Shown in pieces: positions 22,901 through 34,600 of a DNA stretch of 64,000 nt. Under the pieces are notes generated by a model, which saw only the letters and a program-made list of their open reading frames with translations, ran no database searches and was not told where the DNA came from. Source of the DNA: Octopus sinensis (lineage: Eukaryota); assembly GCF_006345805.1 (NCBI RefSeq), contig NC_043007.1, positions 28,396,001 to 28,460,000 of the forward strand, written 5' to 3'. Each line of letters begins with the position of its first letter. Within the stretch, counting starts at the first letter, position 1. The position numbers and the translations under genes are program-made.

Positions 22901-25900
22901 GTGATTGTAGAAGACAAACTGAAATGAGAGAATATAATTGGGATAATAGTGTAGAAGAGGAAATAGTAAAGAAGGAGTGATGATGATGATGGAGCAGTAA
23001 TGACAGGGTGTAACAAGAGAGAGAGAGAGAGAGAGAGATTAATATCAGCAGCCGACAGTTTGTTGGTGAGAGCATAAGTGATGGTGGTTTTAAAAATGGG
23101 CAGTGGTAATGAATTCCTCCATTGGGAAGAGGGAATGGTAACTTGCAGTATTAAAGGGTAATGTCTGCTTTTCCATTTTTTGCTTTAGCTAAATGAAATT
23201 TGTTTAGGTGAATATTCAACAGCCAGGTGCCCTTCCTGACACCAACCCTCACTTGTTTCCAAGCACTGAGTATTTCCTCATGTCCAGACAAGTTATTTGA
23301 AAAGTGAAAATTATATCATTTGTATAATGGTGAGATGCTCATTTAGGACCATCATGTGACATCAAGACAAGGATACATACACATAATAGATTTCTTTCAG
23401 TTTCCATCTACCATACCCATTCACAAAGGCTTTGGTCAGCCCAGATCTATAACAAAAGACACTTGCCCAAGGTGACAATCTTGAGTTTAAAATGCAAGCA
23501 GTATTGTGTGTCTGGGTAGGTTGTTTCATTCTACACTCCTCAGTTCCCTTGACTCTTGAGAGCAATCTCACCCATCACTGCACCCATGTGTGATTAATGA
23601 ATAAGAAAAGATTTTGGTATTATGTTATTGGTTGATAAAAAAACAACTGTTGGTCGATTCCATCAAGTACTACTTTTCCATAGCAAAGGTAATAAACTTC
23701 TCCACTGTTTTAATACAGAAAAAATAGTTTCAATATTGAGTATTTCCTTCTCTAAATATTGTCACCATGGCAACAATATCAAATTTTTAATAATCTCAAA
23801 AATTTATAATGATTCAAAGGTTGTCAACAGCAATGAGGTTTACTGACCTTTAAGGTTCCTAAAATTTGCTCAGCAGAAGGTCGATCACTTGGAGTCTGAC
23901 TGCGATAGGTAAACAAGATTTTACCAGTTTGGTCAATGATGAAATCACCACCCATCTAGCAAGAAATAATAAAGTATTTTGGTTTAGGATCAGATTGTAT
24001 CAGGTTTTAATTTTCAGTCAATGCTCAGTGACTCTTAATATCACAAGTTGGGTGTCTGTACAAGTGTACAGTAATCTCTTGACTACCACCGGTGTTACAT
24101 TTGAAAACCTCCCACAGAAATAATTCAAATCTAAAAAAATATAAATACCTATCGACTGCAGAAATCCAGATATACTGAGGAGTTTGCAGTATAAATTTAC
24201 AAATATTAGCCAGAAAAATCCACGATGTACTGAGTGCATGACAAGTGAACCATGATATACTGAGTGCGCAAGAGGTGGACAGTGATATGACGAGGGACTA
24301 CTGTATATAGATTTGTGTGGTTTCTGCGATCCTTCTTCTCATGTAATTTGCATTATTTTGCTCAGATTTTAACATCCAGTCGTAGTCTTAAGTTTACAAT
24401 GGAAATATAAGAACTAAAAGCTATGATTTCCATCCTAAGTTATAATTTCAGAATAAGTTATCATATTTCATCTCACTCATCATCATCATCATCATCGTTT
24501 AACATCAGCTTTCATGCTGGCATGGGTTGGACGGTTTGACTGAGGGCTGGCAAGCCAGAAAGCTGCACTTAGGTTCCAATCCGATCTGGCAATGTTTCTA
24601 CAGCTGGATGCCCTTTCCAACGCCAACCACACTGAGAGTGTAGTGGATGCTTTTTACGTGCCACTGGCATGAGGGCCAGTCAGGTGATACTGGCATTGGC
24701 CACGCTCAAATGGAGCATTTTACATGCCACCAGCACAGGACCAGTCAGCTAGCACTGGCATCAACCACGCTTTAGAGGTGATCATTTAAATAAAATTGAG
24801 TGGTTAGATATTAAAATGTCCTTACTTGGTAAATATCTTCATTGAAATCTTTATATGGAGTTGGGATAATCCCATCAGAAGCCATTTCAGCAGCATAATA
24901 TTGTGTGGTCTTCATACAAAACACCTGTAAATAAATATATTAATATCATCAATTACTTGAGATTACAAATTGTACATTTATGGGAGGAAAATATACCTAG
25001 GTGGGGTTTCATCATAGTCCTCCAGGCAATAACAGAGGAATTCAAGACAGGATGCCCCTGGGAGCTCCTCTATGCTGATGACCTTGCTCTAATTGCTGAA
25101 TCACTATCAGAACTAGAGGGAAAGTTTCAGGTGTGGATGCAAGGATTAGAATCGAAGGCCCTTAGAGTCAACCTAGCTAAATCCAAAGTCTAATAAGTAG
25201 GAAGGCAGACAAACCACAAACCCCTTTCGGTAGATGGTCCTTTATAAAAGACTGGTGACAAAGGGCCTCTCTCTCAGAGTAAAAGGTAGACTGTACAATG
25301 CATATGTGCGAACTGCCATGCTACATGGAAGTGAAACATGGGCTGTGACTGCTGAGGACATGTGTAAGCTTGCAAGAAACGAAATCAGTATGTTCCACTG
25401 AATGTGTAATGTCAGCGTGAATACACGACAGAGTGTAAGTGCCCTGAGAGAAAAGATGGACTTAAGAAGCATCAGATGTGGTGTGCAAGTGAGATGACTA
25501 TGCTGGTATGGTCATATGTTGCGAATTAATGAGGACAGCTGTGTGTAAAAGTGTCACACCCTAGCAGTTGAGGGAGCCTGTGGAAGAGGTAGACCCAGGA
25601 AAACCTGGGATGAGGTGGTGAAGCATGACCTTCGAACATTGGGCCTTACCAAGGCAATAGAGATATGCTGTGCTTGAGAAGACCCAACAAGCCAAGTGAT
25701 ACCATAGCCCATGGTCTATGCCAGTGGGTGTAACCAGCCCATTTATGAATACCCCTCATTCATTGGATAATAAACCTTGCTTGCAAAGACCTGTTGAAGC
25801 AAGTGAAATCAAAATCAAAATTGCTGATGTGGCCGACGACAGTAGCGCTTGATTGGCACTCGTGCCAGTGGAATGTTAAAAGCACATCAGAGTGTGACCA

Positions 25901-26470
25901 TTGCCAGGGCCACAGATTGGCTCCTGTGCTGGTGGCACATGAAAAACTACATTCGAGCATGGTAATTGCCAGTGCCGCCGGACTGGCTCCCATGCAGGTA
26001 GTATGTAAAAACACCTTTTGAGCGTGAGTATGGTCATTGCCAGAACCGCCTGACTGGCCCTCATGCCAGTGTCAAGTAAAAAGCACCCACTACACTCTCA
26101 GAGTGGTTGGCGTTAGGAAGGGCATCCAGCTGTAGAAACATTGCCAGACCAGATTGAACCTGGTGCAGCCTCTGTCTCACCAGTCCCCAGTCAAACCCAT
26201 GCCAGCATGGAAAGTGGACGTTAAACGATGATGATCTCTAACAAAATTATGAAGCCTTAGATTTGATGGTAGGTTACAGGAGAATAGTATGGGATTATGT
26301 GATGTTCATGCTTCTCTTCCAATATATTAGTCTTCTCATTGATCTCAGACACAACTCTCTAAAGCCATTCCTAAAAACTACGTAAAAATGGAAATAAAAC
26401 AAGGAGTAGAATTTATCAAAGTAAGGTCTGACCCCAGCTAATGAAATATTTTCATTTATACATCAGTATT

Positions 26471-26506
<36 letters not shown>

Positions 26507-26782
26507 AAAGAGTATAATATAAATATCTTACTTCCTTGACAGATCTACGTAATCCAAGAGCAGAGTAAATCTAGAAAAAAACAAAACAAAATTTGTGATT
26601 AAGTGACAGAAAGTTACTAGCAAGATTACCCCCACCTCACGTATATATATATACATACATACACACATGCAGATCTATACACACACACATCTATATAGAC
26701 ATACACACATACACACATATACATACTCTCACATACATAAACATATATACACATATAAACACACACATATACATACACCCAC

Positions 26783-26815
<33 letters not shown>

Positions 26816-26831
26816 TAATACATACACCCAC

Positions 26832-26862
<31 letters not shown>

Positions 26863-29800
26863 CACACACATATGCATACAACTCCCCCCCCACACACACA
26901 CGTATATATGATGGCTGCCCAGTCGTGACCAAGGAAGACCATTGCTAACCTTCAGGAACATTGTGCAGTCGAGGACTAGCTTATATTTTGCATTTACGGA
27001 TCCATTGGTGGCTAATAAGCCCTGCTCTTGACAAGGATACACAGGTGCAAACACTGCAGACCAAGCTTTCCCCATTCACTAAGGAGAGCTGTGTGAAGAA
27101 GTGCCACACCCAAACAGTGGAAGGAACCCGTGGCAGAGGGAGACCCAGGAAGACATGTAATGAGGCGGTGAAGCATGACCTTCAAATGTTGGGTATCACA
27201 GAGGCAATGATGAAAGACCGAGACCTCTAGAGATATGCTGTGACTGAGAAGACCTGACAAATTAAGTGAGACCACAGCTGTAGCCTATGCCAGTGTCGCA
27301 TAACCAGTCACTTAACAAAAGTACCTTTCGATTGTAGGGCGACATGCTGTGCTTGGGGAGACCTATTGAATGAAGAACATCAACATCAAATCAAATGGAA
27401 ATTATAGTTGTGGCTGATGCCAGCGACACCTCTCTGTGCCAGTGACACGTAAAAAGCACCATCCAAACGTGGCGGGTGCCAGCCCTCTCTGGCCCCTGTG
27501 CCAGTGGCACATAAAAAGCACCCATTACACACAGAGTGGTTGGCGTTAGGAAGGGCATCCTGCTGTAGAAACACTGCCAGATCAGATTGGAGCCTGGTGC
27601 ATTCCCTTGGTTTCTTAGACCCCAGTTGAACTGTCCAACCCATGCCAGCATGGAGAACAGATGGTAAATGATGATGACGATGATTACACTTTAAATTCTC
27701 AATATTAAGGAATCTGCTTTATATATTCTACACATCTCAAATCATGTCTTGGAAATTTATACTAAACTGCTTTCTTATATTTTCTCATTTTTCGTATATT
27801 TTGATTCATTTCATGCTATATTTATGTATTGAATTATGCTTATTATATATTCTCTCGTTTTATTATTATTTTATTCTGTTTCAGTTCACCTTTTACTTGC
27901 TATTCTACTTTATCCTTTACATTACCTTATTTTACTTTATTCCATTATACTATTTTTAACTAATTTTTAATTATTTTTTTAATTCCTATAATATTATTTG
28001 CATAGTGACTATCTACCACTCACATTCTTTATTATTTTCCTAATTTTTTAATTAGAATCCTTATTTTATTATTATCCATTTGCTTTCATAACCCCTTTTA
28101 ATGTAAACTCCTTTATTTATCTAATGATGGCCACTCTTCTTATTTCATGCCCTCCCCCCATCGTATTATCAGATTTATCATCTCCTTAATGATCCTTCCA
28201 GCCTTAAAGGGGGTATATAGAGGGCTGTTAAGTGTATAAATAACTGGGTAACCTTAGCCTTTGTACTTAGTGCTAAAACTGCTTGTTGAATAGAATTAAA
28301 AGATAAAAGAAACTAATTTGATCATAGTTGTAGGGGGGAGATGCCTCACTATCTGATTGCCCCCTACTCCATCCACTAACCTCCTCTATTACTATAAATC
28401 TTCATTACCCACTACCCATGCATGACATTGCATTATTTTCTCCTATAATACTACCAAACTAAACAAATTAATTCTATGACCAGCAAGGGTTGTAGAATCA
28501 TGAAGGTGCACATCTCCAACCCACTGCCCTCTAAACAACAACTGTCTCAGAAAAGAAATTGTATACAAGGCCAAGGTCATGGATCCCAATGGAGTAGCAA
28601 AGACAGACAGAATGATGGGCAACTCATTCAAGAAGAGGTACACACAATAGCTGGCATCATTCAGAGACAAATAAAAGACACATAACATCCCTCTCCAATA
28701 ATGATATGGACATTGAAACAAGGTGGAATAAGTAAACCCCAGATAAAATGGAACATCATTGCTAAAGTCGGAAAATACAGAAGATGCAGTACCAAATGTG
28801 AACTCTGTATCACTGAAAAATTAAATATCATACAGTCAACAATTAACATTCTAAATATTAGGGGTGAAATCTCCTTGCATACATGAGCAATATTTTACTA
28901 TCAAACATTTCAAAGAAGAAACACTACCTGTGCTGCTAATCCCATCAGGATATCTCCTTTCCTGAATGTGAAATTTAAATATACATAATACATGAACTTC
29001 ACACACAGAAGGAACATGCCCCTATGAAGGACTACCTTGCTACACAAGCATATGAACATCACATACAACTAGAATATACTATATGATAATGCAAACAAAT
29101 TTACCATCCAACACAATTGTTGGCCCAAAAGTCAAACCTAAGAGAGACAACCACTTAAAAGATGTCATCCAAGAGTAGCATCTCATGATTTATTTATGAG
29201 AATCTCTGTGAATCTTCCCTCATGTGAAGCGGAATGTGGATTTACCTCTATGTAACAGAACTGGTAATGTAATTACATGGTTTTGTTCAATTCAAAATAA
29301 AAGAAAAATCCTGTTTTATACAATTCGACAATGATAATTATTAACAGTTAATATCTCTGAATCTTTTACATACGGCATTGGCATTTGAAAATAGATTTAA
29401 GAACATTTCACTTTTGGAAAAAGGGATAATCCAAACTGCCAGAAAAACATTAATTTCGTATAATGAAAAATATTGGACCCGTAGTGATATCCCAGATAAT
29501 TTCGATGTTACGATGGGATCTTCTCATTCCACCTAAATCACTGACATTGTTGGGCTATTCTTATTATCAATTATTAAGGAGAAATTTCCAAATATTAGCA
29601 GGGGATTATATAGAGATGACGCTTTATTTGTCATTTTGAACTTTCCCTTACGAAAAATTGATAGGAGTAGGAAACAATTAATTAGGGTCTTTAAGGGATA
29701 TAATTTAAATATCACTTCTGAAAACAGGTGTCTAAGATTGCAAATGTTTTAGACATTATCCTGAACTCGGAAAATGGCCTATTCTATCCTTATTTAAAGG

Positions 29801-31622
29801 ATAAGACTATCCAGTATATCAACATATTATCTAACCATCTAAAAAGTGTCATTAACAGAGTAATTAAAGGGGTATCAATTAGGATATCTAATCTATCTGC
29901 CAATGACTAGGTTTTTAATAATCACATACACACATGTATCTGGCCCTTATGAATAGTGGCTTTAACACGAAACATACATAAAAAAAATACTGTATTTAGA
30001 ATTAAGCTGGCTAGAATGATCCCAAAATTGGGTGATCTAAATATAGATATCCCATCTAATATTGACCTTCTTGAACTTGAACGATGTAGATATAATACAA
30101 AAAAATAAGAATTTAAATTATAATAATGTGGGTAATATTAATGTAACTAGGGAATTCTATAAAAAACAGCATGGAAATGGGATATTATTTGGTTCACCCC
30201 CCCTCCCCTCCTTACAGGTTAAAAACCTTCCCCAGTTATTCTTTAAATTAATAAATTGAGAATAATTTTCCTTCAACACATAGGAACCACTCTATTTTTA
30301 ACAAATCAACTCTGAAATTTTCTTATTCCACAACATTGAGCCTCGGATCGATTATTGCCACAAATAATAAGCCTAAAATATGAAATGTGACAAATACTAA
30401 CAGTAACAAAGGAAATAATAATAAAGAAATGGGTGGCTTTGCAAAAAACAGTTGTGATTATAGCTCTCAAAATAATTGTCCATTAGAGGGTCAGTGTCTA
30501 CACAACAATGTAGTGTATAAATGAATACTTTAAATGAGGTTAAAAAAGTATACACTGGAAGCACTACAAATTTCAAGATTAGATATAGGGCACAAGTGAA
30601 TAGGAAAAATTCAACTGCTTTGGTCATATAAAAAACAGTAATAGAATATACTCTCTAAAATGGTTTATCATGGGGGAGTATACTGCATATAACACCCAAA
30701 TAAAAACCTGTAGACTTTGTTTGAAAGAAGTCATAAATATATTAAGAACAGTTATTGCTGAATAAGATATCTGAGGTCTTGATCTCATGTCAGCACAATT
30801 TGCTATGAACTTTCAAATTTTTTAGAAAATAAAAAGATTTTTAAAATTTTAGAAAAAACAAAAAGTTTTTAAAATGCTGTGTTCTCCGATATAGATCTCC
30901 ACTCATCCTTATTCAGGCATATAATTTAGTATAGGTATAAATATAATTTTGTTATTTCTAGTAATTATAAGACATGAAAATTTATTTTATACATACCGGA
31001 CCACTTTTCATTTTTATTTTTTCCTTTAAACTCATTTACAACTCTTTCAGCTCTTCTATATTTATTACCAAGATCACACAGTTGTTGTGGGAAAAACTCT
31101 TTTAAAAAAACTTAAATTTAAAAAAAAACCTAAACTTTAAAAATTCTATCTCTGATGAAGGAAATGCAGCCACCAAAGTCAAAAGGAAAAGTTTTTGCTT
31201 TGTGTATTCCCTGAAATGATCGTAAGATATCTTACTTCATTATATTTTTATTTCAGCCATGAACTGCTTTATTTTTATTTCATTCGAGGACAGTTTAAAT
31301 TCGCCTTACTCTATTTAATTTTATTTCATTGAAAGGCTATTGTAAATCTTTTAAACATCTCACCTGCTTGTGATTTTAATTTATTTTATCGGATGTAATT
31401 TTCTGTATATATCTTGTGATCACCCAACCTTGGAATTATATAATAAAAATATATATGTATATATTTGATTGTATTCCCAATTTGAATATGTATTGGCCGG
31501 ATAAGGAGGATGATAAATTAATCTGTTTTCTCTCCCGCCATGAACTTTGATATTTGCTCAATATATTGAGCCCTTCCATGTTATTCCATGGAAAGAGTTA
31601 CACTCTTATTATTCAATTTTAT

Positions 31623-31659
<37 letters not shown>

Positions 31660-34600
31660 CATTGTAGCTCACTTGAAGCATTGTAGTAGAGAAGTAGAAA
31701 ATGAAAGAAAAGAGAAATAAGGAAAGCTTCTAATGATGCAGAGTTTTCAAAAGGTAAAAAAAGGCCTATCTTAAAAAGGAAGCAATCAAAGATCTGTGCA
31801 TTTGCATAGATTTTGTTATTTTCAACTGTTCAGCATTTGGGTTAGCAGCAGCAACTCTCCAACTGTTGGTAATATTTAGAATTCAACATTTCTGAAAAAT
31901 ATTTTAAAATGTCTCACATTTTTTGAAGAATCTTGAAAAGAAGGAAAAGAAGATTTTGTTTCTGCCAACCACTGCTTTATAGACTTCTGTGATCCAAAGA
32001 AAAGAAGTAGAACATCGCAGCCTAAAGCTTTCAAATCTGACTGCAAAATGAAATAAAACTGTGTCAGTCATTTTATCAATTTAAGTATTTAGGGAAATAA
32101 GGTGGAGAAAAGAACCAACATTTTTTAGGGTTAATAGTAAATTTAAATATCTTTTCAAATATTTCTTATATTAATGGCAGCTTAGCAGTTCTGAATAGAT
32201 ATCTTTAACTTCTTAGAAATATTGTTTATAATCTGGAAGGGTATATTCTGAGCAATGCAAGTGAAAAGTTAGGCAAAATATGTAAAATGACATCAATAAA
32301 TAAAAACCATAGAAAATATATTGTATAACTTTACATAGGTTGTTTAATACTTTTATAATATTTTGGGAAGCATTCCTCTTATCAAATAAGGGAAAGAAAA
32401 TAATCCATGAATTTAGAGCGAAGTGTTGTTACTGGCAGAGGCCATTTTGGTATGTTGGATCACAAGAAGGTTAACAGACAAAGAAGACCGTTTAAACCAG
32501 CCATATGGGCCGGCCCAAATATTCTAGATGGTTTATATTCAAACTGGCGATATCTAGCCTCTAACCTAAATTGACATTCTAAAAATAAACAATCACATCA
32601 TTGAAACTTCAAAGCTATAAGATAATGCATGATTAATTCAAAACCATTTGAGTGAAAAAGTATTACATTTAACAGAGTAATGTGAACACTAAACGGTTAA
32701 TATGCAACAGATGCAGAGGAGCAAAAACTAAAAACATAAAAGAGAGAAATTTTCTGAAATGCACAGATGGTTCTCTGGAGGCAGGCAATAGTTTCTATTA
32801 CCTATGTGATCTTATTAGCAATGGAGGAAAATTTTCTGCAAGTATAGATTCTAGAACAGAACCAGCTGGAGAAAGTGCTGTTGTGACTACTAGTTACTGC
32901 CACATTTGATGGTTACCACTGCCATTAGCCTGTCTGTAACCTATATATACATAAATACAGGATCACATGTAGGTTAACATGTAAAAACGCATGTTACATA
33001 ACATTTCTGCAGAAGAAAGTGAGACAACAAAAATGATGACTAGAGTTATCGTAGACTGGGGGGGGGGGAGAAGAAACAAGCTTACCTTCCAAGTTTCTAG
33101 CTCCATTACATGTTTACGTCAGGGTAGTCATGCAAAATGGCGCTGGAGAACAAGTAGTAAATAAGGAGAAGTGAAAACTGGGAGTAATTTGTCCAGAGTT
33201 ACTGAATTTCCCTCTAGTACATCAACAACTGTTAGTTGCTGGGATAAATAATCTCCAACCTCAAGTGTTTTAGTTTTCCCATGGGACTCACCATGGAGAG
33301 CAGTATCTACAGTGTGAAGAAACTGATCCCATTCTATCTGTAAAAGAATACAAACCAAAAGAGAATATTAAAGAAGATTGGCTAGGCACGAATTAGCCAA
33401 TTACAGAAGAAATGTAGGTGTGGCTCTTGAGGAGATGTGTAAATGTTTTAGGTTTGAATTGAGGCTTCCACCTCTTGTGTAACTTGCTAGTCTTGAAGTA
33501 ATTTCATGAGGTAAAGAAAATGTTTGATTAGCAGATGACTGCATACATATCCAAATATATACATAAATTGTAGGTTTTGTTAAAGAGGGTCTAATATATA
33601 TCCTCTTATACAAAATCAACTGTATAATTAGCTAGCTGTAAAAGAACAATTATTACAGCAGTAATGGAAATTGACAAATTTTGTCAAAGCAATATCAGCC
33701 ATGAAGATGATAGGTCTATATACACACACACACACACATATATAGAGAGAGTTTTTCTTCTCCTAGATGGGTTGCCATCACCATGGGTAAGGAGTCTCAT
33801 CTGCCCCATACATATATATACACACACGAAAAAAAGTAAAAATATGAGATTTAAGAATATATATATAAGATATGTAAAAGCAATATATACATATGTACAC
33901 CCATTTTTGTTGGATGACCATTGATTAGTCCTCCACCCTTTGACAGGTTTTGTTTTTTCGTCCACAGGGTGTCCAATAAACACCCTCTTCACAAAGCAAG
34001 TTAAGTGGGGTTGCCAATTTAGTCGCTGATGACTCGACTATGCAATAGGATGTGCTAGGTTACATGTTACCAGTAGCGCCTGAGTGTGACCTGACATATG
34101 CAACTTCTCTTTCGCTAATTCCCAACAGTAAGGTCAATTGGAAGGGGCCACTCTTGCACTTCAAAGACAAAGTAAAAGACAATCTGAAGCAAATCAATAT
34201 TCCCTTTTCTTTCTGGGAAAGCAAAGCATCAGAACACAGGACCCGGTACCAGTCCTGCTTCTACTCAGTTCAAAGATCTGGGCAAAATCGACTCCAACAT
34301 TGGGACCAACTTTGTACAAACATGAAGACACGCTAGCAAAATGCTGCTCCTCTCAATGGAAACCTTACCTATCATTGTGGTTTTGTGGCACAGCAGAATC
34401 ACTACCAGAACTAGAAAAGAAATTTCAGGTGTGAAAGCAAAGTTTAGAATCAAAAGGGCTTAGAGTCAATATTGCAAAAACCAAAGTCCTAGTAAGTAGG
34501 AAGGTGAACACACCACAAACTCCATCAGGTAGATGGCTCTGCTCAATCTCTAGAAAAGATGTACTCCATAAGATGTACCCAGTGTAAGCTATGTATGCAT

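Noticed and set aside
33119-33130. Reading the two TGAs as premature stops of a pseudogene
   Set aside because: All ten exons are otherwise intact and in phase, the TGAs sit exactly at the CxxC positions, and a SECIS-like element follows the stop codon.
33119-33130. UGA->UGG (Trp) recoding by cephalopod A-to-I editing as the explanation for read-through
   Set aside because: WxxW would destroy the redox motif, while UxxU is the known SelL signature and a SECIS candidate is present. RNA-versus-DNA comparison would settle it.
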